This document shows positions 24,106 through 47,530 of a stretch of 64,000 nucleotides of DNA, piece by piece. Made by a program: the position numbers and the translations under genes. A model generated the notes under the pieces. The model had not been told where the DNA came from. It saw only the letters and a program-made list of their open reading frames with translations, and ran no database searches. Location of the stretch: the NCBI RefSeq assembly GCF_963506605.1, contig NC_083290.1:26164001-26228000 (forward strand). Reading direction: 5' to 3'. Within the stretch, counting starts at the first letter, position 1. Each line of letters starts with the position of its first letter. Source of the DNA: Zootoca vivipara (lineage: Eukaryota).

Positions 24106-24341
24106 CAAAATAAAAACTTAGTTGGTCTTTAAGGTGCTACTGAAGGAATTTTTTTATTTTACTTCGATCCAGACCAACACGGCTACCTACCTGTAACTAT
24201 TACAAGGAGGGTTACTCTCACAACCTCCTCCCTGCACATTGCTGGCCAAGAGAGAACTGAAGCTTGTTTGTGTGCTGCAACAGTTAAACATACTTTGGAT
24301 TTGTGGACCGAGACTTTAAAGAAAGAAAAAAAATAACCTCC

Positions 24342-24347
24342 AATAAA
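24342..24347 (+). terminator. Candidate distal polyadenylation signal of DIXDC1
   Basis: AATAAA ~130 nt downstream of the PLE insertion, followed by a T/G-rich tract. Other AATAAA hexamers exist at 20534, 22245 and inside the PLE at 24109. Confidence 0.45.
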
Positions 24348-25486
24348 GAGAGTTCGCAAACCCAGGTCTGATTTGCTTTTTTTGGGGGGGGGGGTATGGT
24401 GAGAAGCTTGCTAGGTGCATTGAGTGTCACATAAGACATGCTTCCTGCATGTCAACAAGTGTGTACTGTACTTGAGGAAGGACCCTTGCACTGAGGCTGC
24501 CATAGGAGGGGCTGTTGCCTGGGTCTGGTGTGAGAAGGAAGTCGGTCAACCAAGGAAACGGAGGCCATTTCCTCCACCCTGATTTGTTTGGAAAGGGAAG
24601 GAACTGCAATTTCAATCCCAAGCATCTGTGCCAGCTCAAGGTGTCAGCAAATCCAAGGAACTGGCAGCATTGTACTAGTAGTATTTGATGTGTGTTGAAG
24701 CAGCTGTCTTTGGAAGAAGAAAATGCCCCAAGGCTTGTACCTCTCACCCCCCCCCCCAGCCAGCCAGCATCAGGTATGATCTTAAATAAACCACCCGCTA
24801 AAGTCCCTCCACCCTCGTCACCAGCTTCTTTAATCTTTTGAGCAGCTAAAACCCAGCACACCCACTAATCAGTAACTTTTTAAATCGGGTATTTTTTTTA
24901 ACCTGCAACTATTCTATAGTAAATTCAGCCAGATCCTTTGAGAGATTAAGCACCTTTCCGTTTCAAAAGGGGAAACAATTGTAGTCTGCCAGCACACTGT
25001 TCAGAGGCTGTCTTTTGCCAGGACTGTCTCTTGCCAAGTAAAGGAGCACAGTTCACAGAAAGACAGAAGAGCTTTCAGCGCCAGGTGCTTGCGTGTACTG
25101 TAGATAAAAGGGTACGGGGATTCCTTGGGGCAGCAAACCTTGGTGTAAGAATTCCATTCACTCGTTCCTTCGTTCATTCGCTAGTGGCTCAGGCTGGCTG
25201 CGCGCGCAGCCTCTCGTGACGCCGAAGGGTAACCTCAGGCCACGGCTGGGAGGCAGCCCCGGCCATACTTGACGCGCTTGACGGCTCCTCCCCCGCACGG
25301 CTCCTTTTGCGACAGTGTCGCGCCCCCTCCGCTTCCTCCCGTGCCTTACGGCGCTGCCCGCTCCGGGGAGTCTGAGGGAGGTCACTCGCTCCTCTCTCGG
25401 CCGCCGCTGCCTGACGGAATCCGGGGAGGCCGGGGCCTCCTCCTTTTTTTTCCTCTTGAGGGAGGGAGAAGGGGAGGCGAGGCGGG

Positions 25487-38462
<12,976 letters not shown>

Positions 38463-40590
38463 TCCCTTGAGGCCACCAGGACTTTCTTAGGTCACATCAC
38501 TTCATTCTAAAGAAGCTATTTATATATCTAGTGTTTAGACTTTTAAACAAATGTTCCCTTCTTTATTTTTAAAAAAAATCTTATCTAAATATATATATAT
38601 GGTTGCTGGTAATTTTTATTACCAGTTGTACATATTAAAATGGTTTGCATAGGCTTTCTAGAGCCTGGTTTGGTTATACTGTATTTTATACAGGGAAATG
38701 AATTTGCAAACTTTCTCCCTCCTAAATAGCCCAAAGTGATTGAAATCATGTGGAGGAGCTCGTGCTTCTGATCAAGGGAACACAGGCCCACCCAGCAACC
38801 TGATGACTCATTCTCTGTTCCCAAAAACAGAGGAACCAAGACTGGTAAAAGCAAAGAAAAAGCAAAACACAAGTTGAACTATCTGGTTGCTGAAATCCCC
38901 TTACCAGCAAAGACAGGGAGCTTGTGCATTCTCTCCTCCTGTCCTTTTAGATTAGCAGGCTGTCCTGAAGGATGGAAGAGAACAGGGTTCCCTAATGGTC
39001 CACATGCCAGCTTTTTTCTAGAGTTCAGCAGTTACTCAGATTTTATAGCCACATGAATTATTTGAGAGCACTTTAACTCAAGAACTCCAGTCAGACTCCC
39101 CACATTGTATGGCGACATTTCTTTTTTGAAATAATGCTGACCATATATGTTCATTCTAGTGCATTTTATGAACTTTTCATCTTTGTTTGGCATTAAATCT
39201 TTCATTTTAAGAGATTGCTTCCCCTTCTAGTTTAGTGAATGCTGCTTCACTTGAAGGAGCAGTCATTGTTCAGGGAATTGATGAAATTCATTAGGGGCTG
39301 ATAAACATAAACCAATGCGGTCTGAACATCTGGATGCTGACTTTAGGGTTCCCTCCCCCCTTCCACATTGTTGACCTTAGGAAGCTCTGAGAGGTGTTGG
39401 GACTAGGTGCAATCCAAATGGGACTTGTCCTGTCATTGAAATGAATGTGAGGTCACTGTCTTCCTTCATATAAAAAAGATTGTGCAGAAAAGATAACCTG
39501 AGTGGTTTGTGACCACTGGCCATAAATCAGAGTAAATGAGTTTTGCTTAAGTTCCATTGAAATCAATGGAACAGGTTAGTCGTGACTATTGAAGTGCTAT
39601 TCATTTCAAAATACAGTAGGTGTAACTATATTTCTCTGAATTGAGGTCAGTTCTGTAACAACTTTGTCTTTTGCCAATCCCAGCCTCGGGGAAGTGGCAA
39701 AATTTCTTTGGTCATGTAAATAGTGTAAAAAATTAAATTGCTTGGAATGGTTTTCTGTTGAAATTGTGCCCATTTGCATTTAAGATTGTGTCCACAAAGG
39801 GAAGGATTCTCTAGTGGAAAACACTCCCACGTTTGCTTTCCAAAGAAAATGTTAATTTACAAAGGAGGATCATGTAATAGCCAAGTGACGTGACCTGGAG
39901 AGCCAAGTATACCATTGATAAATATACCCCAAATTATTCTGTATGATATGCATTGCATTAAGTATTGTAAAGTTGTGCTACCAAATCCACTAAAAGAATA
40001 TTCAAGGTGGTTATACTGTGGAGATTAAATATTTTTCTGAGACCCATCTAATATTTTGTTAATTTAGTTGCTGTTTTGCATAAAATCTTTACTGTTTTGG
40101 GAAGAAGCAAGTTGCACTCAAAACGTCCTAACTCCGTTCCCGTCTGGCCAGTTAAGCCAGTTGTGTTCCATTAAATGTTTAAAATTTATTAGATGGCTTT
40201 TTCTTGTCCCTGCTGCTTCATTGTTTGCTGAGGCTATTATGGTATGTGTGTGGAACTGACCCTACTAGTAAGAAGGATTGCTGAGCTTGCCTCACTATTT
40301 GAATCAGTGAAACATGAATCTTAACTTGTCCCACTCAGGGGCTGGGAGTCACAAGAGATTTGTTACTTGAACTATGGATAGCTTGTGCCTACTAACTCCG
40401 TAGCTGCTCTAAATGTTCTTCAGTTATTTTTAGAATCCAACTTAACTAAAGCCTTGAAACTTTTGTGTTTGTTTCATTGTAATAATCCAAAACATTTTAT
40501 TCTACTGACTTTTTAAAATTTTACTGACTATTTCATAAGTAGGGAATGGCTAGTTTCCATTTTTCTTCTTCTTTGATGCTACGGTATGAA

Positions 40591-40730
40591 GTTGGCTAGC
40601 TCAGTCTGTAGAGCATGAGACTTTTAATTCCAGGGCTGTGGGTTCGAGCCCCATGTTGGGTGAAAGATTCCTGCATTGCGGGGAATTGGAATAGATGACC
40701 CTTGTGGCCCCTTCTAATTCTACAATTCTA
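40591..40730 (+). mobile_element. tRNA-Lys-derived SINE with CR1-type 3' tail (Squam2-like)
   Basis: GGCTAGCTCAGTCTGTAGAGCATGAGACTTTTAAT...GGTTCGAGCCCC, then TAGATGACCCTTG...ATTCTACAATTCTA. Confidence 0.8.
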
Positions 40731-41414
40731 GTATATTTGTTGCTGCTGTAGCTGAGAAACAGTATGGACAGCCTTTGAGCCAGGAACTCCTGCTTCAGTT
40801 ACAAAGAGTAATCTAACCTTTTAGATTCAACAAATCCACAACTGGTAAGCTGTGTTTGTCCTGTGTTAAAAATGTATCTCCCATCAATCACATGTCTTTA
40901 AACAGTGCCAGGGAAAAACTTGTATTTAAGTTTGCACCCTTGAGCTGAGTTCTTGTGAATATGTGTTGGGACACAGTTCAAACCCAGACACCACTGGAAG
41001 TGGTAGAATGTGTTATCTTTTATTGTTTGTTAATTGAGGGATCAATGAAAATGTAAACTTTACAATTGCTTTTATAAGATTTTCATGTAGTTGTTGAGCC
41101 GTTACAGTTTGCACAATACAGTAGAAACTCCATGACTGATAAGAAAAACATTTAAAGTAAACATTGGAACATTCTCCATTAGAGTTGAGTTTCAGTTCTG
41201 TACTTAGAAACATATCTTATCTCCAGTTACATTACTCAGCTCTGCATTTGTCCAAAGGGCAGCTGGGATGCCTCCTCTAATGATCAGAGGTATGAAATGC
41301 AGGCAAGCAGCCAGCAACTTTAATATTAACCTATGCAAAGTGTTTGGAAGTGCTGAGTGGGCATTACTTAAACCCTAACCCCCAAGCCCACATGCTGTGT
41401 CAAATCTGTTAACA

Positions 41415-44075
41415 TCACTTCTTTTCAGACACAGGCATTGTGATAAGCAAGACTCTTTTCCGGCTGTGAAATGCTGCCGTTGTTGCTTCTTCATTCACAG
41501 ACTGCGGAAGATCCAAGTGTAATTTATACTTTGCAGGGCATTCAATCAATACATCATCCTAAAATCGAAAAATAAGTTTCTTTGTAAATGAAGTACATGT
41601 GATTGCTACAGGTGAGGCGTGCCAGATGGACACAGGGCTGTCCGAAGGGCAGCCAGAAGGGCAGCCAGAGTTGAGTGTAATTCATGACTAACTTACCTCG
41701 GAAACGCTTAGGTCACACTCAGAGACACAGTGTACCTCTGGCAATTCAACTTTCAGTTCAATCTTCAGAGGCTTCTCATTCGTATCCTTTATGATGGTCA
41801 CTTCATAGGCTGGGGTGCACAATTCCTCTGGCTGCTCTGTAGTGGAAATCTCTTCAATGAGGCATGTTTTAGAGGGCACCATGTTTTCCATTAGCAGAGT
41901 AAAGTCACTGCTGTCTTCCTTTGTTATGATGTTTCTCAGTTGGTCAAGTGTCACTTCTTTCCAAGGTGATTTTTAGACATGGGAATTTAAAAAATACTTC
42001 AATGGATCACATAGCTACAGAAGTATCAGTTATATGTCCTACCTGCCCTCATACAGTTGTAGTGTAGCTAGTAGACAACGGGATGTTTGCTGGCATAATA
42101 AGCTTAAGAGTAGCCTCTTTCTGGGTTAGATCAAGAATCCAGTTAACCCCTGTTTGCTCTTGACCTGATTGAAGAGTTTGCCAATAAAATTTGGCAAGCA
42201 CAATAGTTCTGAAGCAAGAACCACATTTTTCTTTTAGATGATGCATGCAACTGTTTGCAGACATCTTAGAACAGCAATTTCCTCCTATATTAAAGAAAAA
42301 GGAATTGCCTCTCAGCTGCAGTTTGTATAAATACTTACATAAAAACTCATTTAAGGGGGAAGGTTCCATTTAGTGTACTCATAAGTTTTTTAATTTCATT
42401 TTAAAATTGATAAAATATTTCAGGTCCTACTGTTCATCTTAAATTCATAAAACAAGAATATACTGAGGCATGCTGAAACCAAACACGCTTCTGCAAGGGC
42501 TTCTTAATGTGAGTTATAACTTGCATCCTAAAGAGTAGTGTGAGAAGTTTCATCATACCCCATCATGTTTCACTCCTGGTAATGACTTGGGAGGGTACTT
42601 ACCTTTCTGTAAGGTCTTCTGGGACAAAGCCACTGGTGCTTGCTCTCTCCTTAAGCTCTGTCTCATCCTTGCCAGGCTTCCCTTCAGTTTAAATTTTGTA
42701 ATAGTATAGGAGTTTGACAGAATGATGTTGTAATGCTCCTCAATATACTTAAGTGATAGATGGATCAATTGGTCCTTCATTGTTGGGTCATCCTTTCCCT
42801 TCTCAATAACAGATTGGTTGTATGCAATATCAAGGACAGTATAAAACTCTAGAAGAAAAAAAATAGTCTAATTACAGTGGTACCTCTACTTACAAATGTT
42901 TCTACTTAGGAATGGAGCTCCGTCCGCCATCTTGGATGCGGTTTAGATAGGATTTTTTCTACTTACGAATTTTTAGGGTTGCTTCGACTTACGATTTTTT
43001 CTCCCAATGCATTCCTATGGGATTCGACTTACAATTTTTTTGACTTACAAATGTGCATTCGGAACGCATTAAATTCGTAAGTAGAGGTACCACTGTATTG
43101 GTTTTTCATATACATTATATTGTAGAAGACAATGGCGGTATAGCTAAATATGAAGGTTATAAATGTTTGTTGTTGTTTTTAAAAATCATTGTCAAATTGT
43201 GATATTTCAATTGATTTTGCTCTTTTGGCTGTTCCTTTCCTACTCTTTCAGCTAAGGCTCATTGGTTTATATTGTACATTCCTGTCATTTTCACCCCACC
43301 CATTTGGAGAGAGAAAATGGGCTGGGATATAAGGGGCTAAAATAGACCTCTAGAAATGAGTACTGTGCTACAAAGCAAGCTAAACCTTCTGCAAGTAGAA
43401 AAGCTGACCTGATTTCTCTGATACCTCCTCCATTTTGCCAGCCCTCAATGGCACTGGGTCAGATGGCAATTGGGGTGCTGGAACCTGATTCCACCTGCAG
43501 AGGTTAACGAACAATGATTTTTCAGTAGGATCCTGGAAAAAGAATCCAAAACCAGTCAATTAATAAAGGAGGATAATTTATTACTACATCATACAGGCAT
43601 GAACTGGAATAGGAACACAGTCAAACTCTGGTTTGCATTCTCTGGTATTTCTGGTCCAGTGTTTTTGGATTAACTGAAAAGATAATTGCACCTGTTACCT
43701 TACATCCATCTTGTTTTCTATTCTATATAAATAAATAGTTAGGAAGAAGCAATAGAACAAATATAGAATGCAAATCAAGTGCAGAGATGCCTTTTGTATC
43801 TGCCTGGCTAGTTAAGTAAAGGTTTGGTGAAAATGGAGGCATATTTTGATGTCTGAGCTTCCTTCTTGCAGTGCAGGTGTCTTGCAACATACCAAGATGC
43901 AGGTCTTCAGGCACATGTATGGTTCTGCAGGAGCAAAATGTTGCTTTGCGTCTTTGAGTTGCTGCTGCATGAACTGGTGGTAACTTTCAGGATTGCTCTC
44001 AGCCATGTCATCGAGCATCGTCCAGAGTTGGTTTGCTTTTGCCAGCATATCCTCAGAGTTGCAAAGAGCCTCCAT
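41415..44075 (-). CDS. PIH1D2: PIH1 domain-containing protein 2 (318 aa)
   Basis: Exons 44075-43893, 43532-43409, 42848-42603, 41956-41697, 41558-41415 join in frame (957 nt): QLWTMLDDMAESNPESYHQFMQQQL...LFVNLCRWNQVPAP...LDIAYN...LKVELP...YKLHLDLP...LLITMPV; syntenic position between DLAT and NKAPD1. Confidence 0.93.
42875..43095. mobile_element. Tc1/mariner (Tigger/pogo-type) MITE
   Basis: TA|CAGTGGTACCTCTACTTAC...GTAAGTAGAGGTACCACTG|TA; inserted 26 nt upstream of a PIH1D2 acceptor. Confidence 0.88.
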
Positions 44076-44408
44076 GATTGTCTCTTCAACAGTGGGCGGC
44101 TGCAGCAACACAAGAAGAGAGTATGAGAAGACTGTGGGAACAGAACTGTGAAGCTCAGCAGGTGCTTCCAGGGCCTTATTGTGCTCTTTTCTCTGACAGT
44201 GGTAAAATCTATACAGGGGGGGGGATGATTGACTGTGGCTGTCCTTCTCTAAAGAATTGGGAAAACCAATGAGCTAGTCCTACAGCATGTGCCTTGCTGC
44301 CTTGTGCGATGGCAGGATATCTCTCTTGCCCCAACACAGGGCTCTCCAGAGATTTGGGGCTACAGGAAGGCTGGGGCAGATGGGATTTGCAATCCAAGGC
44401 ATCGGGAG

Positions 44409-44470
44409 CATAGCTGCCAAGTTCTCCCTTTTTTTAAGGGAAATTCCCTTATGCTGAATAGGCTTCCTAT
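44409..44470. mobile_element. Partial copy of the 90-bp CATAGCTGCCAAGTT element
   Basis: CATAGCTGCCAAGTTCTCCC...ATGCTGAATAGGCTTCCT; the second TIR is missing. Confidence 0.65.
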
Positions 44471-45007
44471 GATCGGGAGGACATTAGCTTTGGAAAAGCT
44501 ACTTTAAAACAGTTGCTTGGCAGGCATGAATGCAACAGGTACAGCTTTTCCAAACCAATGTGATGAACAAAGCTGCGTCTGTTAAAAAGATGTGACAAAG
44601 TAGCTAAAAAGGGAAGTCCCAAGTTTAGATACTCTATGCTACGTGCTTCCTAAGACTGCAATCCTATCCAAACATCCCTTGGAATCTAAGCACATCAAAG
44701 AAACAATATTTGAGTAAACAACATTCATGGATTGTTCTGTAAATGCCTTTAAGCAAAACTGTTCTTTCTCTGCACCCCGTCATAAGGGGTAATTATACTG
44801 GCCTACTCTGTAGGGCTGTTTGTTTTATTTTAAATATTTATACCACATACCTTTGCAGGGCAAGTTCCAAAATGCAAAGCAATAAAAACTCAGTAGTAAA
44901 ATCTGCAGCTAAAAACTGCACACAAAACCATTTCATTAAATATAAGGGTGGCTTGATCCATGAGGCCTTGATCCAGTATACATCTCCCAAACTCAATCTG
45001 ACTTGCT

Positions 45008-45042
45008 TCTGATGAAGTGTGCATGCACACGAAAGCTAATAC
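45008..45042 (+). ncRNA. Hammerhead ribozyme core (5' strand of helix I largely lost)
   Basis: CUGAUGA-A-GUGUGCAUGCACAC-GAAAGCUA^AUAC; the upstream GUAU is replaced by flanking sequence, so probably impaired. Confidence 0.6.
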
Positions 45043-45098
45043 CTATGACAAACTTAGTTGGTCTCTAAGATGCTACTGGAAGGAATTTTCTTTTTTTT
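45008..45098 (+). mobile_element. ~90-nt PLE-derived mini-insertion (hammerhead core + short 3' segment), diverged subfamily
   Basis: TCTGATGAAGTGTGCATGCACACGAAAGCTAATACC...AACTTAGTTGGTCTCTAAGATGCTACTGGAAGGAATTTT; direct repeat TTGCTTCTGA at 45003-45012 and 45097-45106. Confidence 0.8.
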
Positions 45099-45589
45099 GC
45101 TTCTGAATAGACATGCCCAGGATTGAAACTTTGAAAAGCAGTATAAAAAGGCTAAGACTTCCACTAACCCTGAGGAATAAATATTACACAACACAATGGA
45201 GCATTTTCCCGAGCAGACATGCAAATGATTGCTCTCATAAGGCTGCAATCCTATATCCAACGACCTGAGAATTCAATTTAAATCGGGCGCTGACTTCACA
45301 GTAGATAGAACACACAGGATTGGGCTATATTCTTGGGTGCCTGTTTCAGGTGCCAAACACGAACTTGTTTCCCTGCTACCCAGGAGAAAAATGAACGAGC
45401 GGCCCTGCTTCGTGGCCGTGATTACTCAAGAGTAAATCCCGCTGACTTCAACAGGGCTTACTTGCAAGCCGAAAACTGGGAGGGGAAGGCATTTTACACG
45501 TGTAAAAAAAGAGGGATGCCAGAGAAATATCAACAACTACAAGAGAGCTAATAGTGTATAAATAATTTTTGGTGTTGCGGTTTTTTGTG

Positions 45590-46210
45590 CTGAGACTCCT
45601 TTGTGGAGGCCACGACCAACCTACCCAGCGGGTCCTCGCGCTCAAGCCGTCTCCCTAGCAACCGCCGGAAGGAGAAAGTGGCCTCCGCCGGAAGCGGAAG
45701 CGAGGCGCTCTCTTTCTTCCCCCGGCTCTTCTTGCCCCACGCCTTCCGAGTTCCGAGGCCTGACAAATCATCAGCTCGGGAGTCTGCCGCTTGCGTGGTC
45801 GAGGTCCCCGGAAGGAAGCGGGGAAAAAAAAATAAGCGGAGGGAAAGCTCGGGACTCGGGTGGTGAAGGAACGTGTGAATGGGTGCTCGGCTGTGACTCG
45901 TGGGCTGGCAAGGCTCGCTAACTTTCGGTGAGGGGGATGCTCGCTCTATTATATTCCTATCTTGGTCTCTCGGGGCGGGGGGGGGGCATTCGTGGCTCCC
46001 TCCCTCTTTCCCTCCGCTCATCCTATTTTGTCTTCGCAACAACCGCGGTAGGTCAGAACCTGAGCGGGAATTTGAACCCGGGCCTATTGAATGACGCCTG
46101 GGCTAGGCAGCGCACCGTCCCCGCCTTGCAAGCGCTCATTAGCACAGCTGGGGAAGCAGCGTCGACTTGGAAGAAAATCGCAGCAGCTGCGCCCTGCACG
46201 ACCTCAGAAT
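45590..46210. promoter_or_regulatory. Bidirectional CpG-island promoter PIH1D2 / NKAPD1
   Basis: CpG-rich segment between divergent genes with repeated ETS/GABP-type CCGGAAG sites (~45665, ~45687, ~45807). Confidence 0.8.
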
Positions 46211-47530
46211 CAGATCCTTCTTTCGGCTACTGTAGTTAATTTCATTAATCTGAAATAATGATGCCCCATTTTTTTGTAGTTGCAAATCATGGGTGAAAAA
46301 TCTCTGCATCTGTTAGGAAACTTGGGTGCTGTTTTTGGCATGGGTTGGGGAACTGGTGGAGCCTCCAAAACTTCTTAATACTCATAAGAACATATGGGGA
46401 TCCTGTTCTCATATTGACCAACCTTGGGAAGCCCGAAAGCAGTACATAGCCATAAAAACACTCGTCTCACTTGTGAATCCTAGCAGCTGCTATTCAGATA
46501 CACTCTATATTCATCATGACTAGTAGGCATTATTTGTATTTTGATCCTTCATAAATTTGTGTAATTCCTCTATAGCCATCCAAGTTGATGACCATTGTGT
46601 CTCTTGAGGCAGTGAATTTCCTGGTTTAATTATGTGCTGTGTATAAGAATATTTATTCTGTCCTGAATAATCTAATATTCAGCTTGGGCAGTGGTCAAGG
46701 ATAATGCAAGCTGTTCTGCATTTCTGATTTATGGGTATGACTCTAGAATTGGATAAATGATTTGCATCAAGTGGCCTGGAATACCCAGGAGCATTTCAGA
46801 GGACAGAAGTGTTCCCAAAGCATGTGAGGATAATGGTTAACCTCAGTGGTCCCTTGCTTAAAAAAATGCCATGTAATGGATGCAAAGAACCAGATTCATA
46901 ACCCTTGCTCTTTTTTGCATTTTGTTATCAAATGCACAATTTATTATTCTAAATATTTAGCCACCCTTCTCTCCACCCCCTACCTCCAAACTGCTAGCTA
47001 TTGCATTTGACACAAGTAGGTTCCTGGGAGCTTGAGAATTTACATTGGTATATGTACATTGGTAGGGAAGAGAAATATGTCTTTATTCAAAGTGTGGGGA
47101 CCTTGGGACCAGATGTAGCCCTCCAGCCTCTCCTTAGGCCAGGCACTGCTCCACCCAGTCCTTGAGTGCTCTTGCCTGGCTGAAATGTATCCTGAAGGAA
47201 GAAGGGCGTGCATATAAATGCATGGATTTTATGTGGGTGAAATGTAGCCAGTTGTACAAAGTTGACAGTCACATCCATTGCTTTGCTCATCTTTGCCTCT
47301 GACCTGGTCCATGACTGGGATGAGGCCCCCGGAAGGTTCTGCATAAGGGAAAAAAGCCTCCCTGCAATCACTCTTAACGGCATCAGCAGTTACCATATGT
47401 GTGATGAGGTTCTGTTATAAACAGCCATTGAGCAGGTTTTTAGAGTTTTGAGAAGGTATATTATATACCTGTCGTTTATTGCTTATACTGTGTTTTGCTT
47501 ATTGTCTTCTTTTATGCTTAAGGATAAAGG

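Larger units (their letters stand above)
22590..24195. mobile_element. Penelope-like element (Penelope/Poseidon-type) fold-back insertion: minus-strand arm 22590-23785 plus inverted plus-strand arm 23785-24195
   Basis: The minus-strand frame encodes RT thumb, Cys/His linker (CNKPRCQLCCH) and GIY-YIG endonuclease (IVYAIKC...LYIGQTG...LRQRINGH), stop at 22858. 364-bp inverted repeat 22590-22953 / 23785-24148. 15-bp TSD ACTATTACAAGGAGG at 22575-22589 and 24196-24210. Confidence 0.95.

Noticed and set aside
23877-24113. 78-aa ORF (MISDLQPSQ...) repeated at 22625-22861 and 35600-35788
   Set aside because: It recurs only because it lies in the duplicated PLE 3' region; the third copy is frameshifted and there are no protein features.
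40591-40665. tRNA-Lys gene
   Set aside because: Degenerate stems, directly fused to a CR1-type tail: a SINE head, not a functional tRNA.
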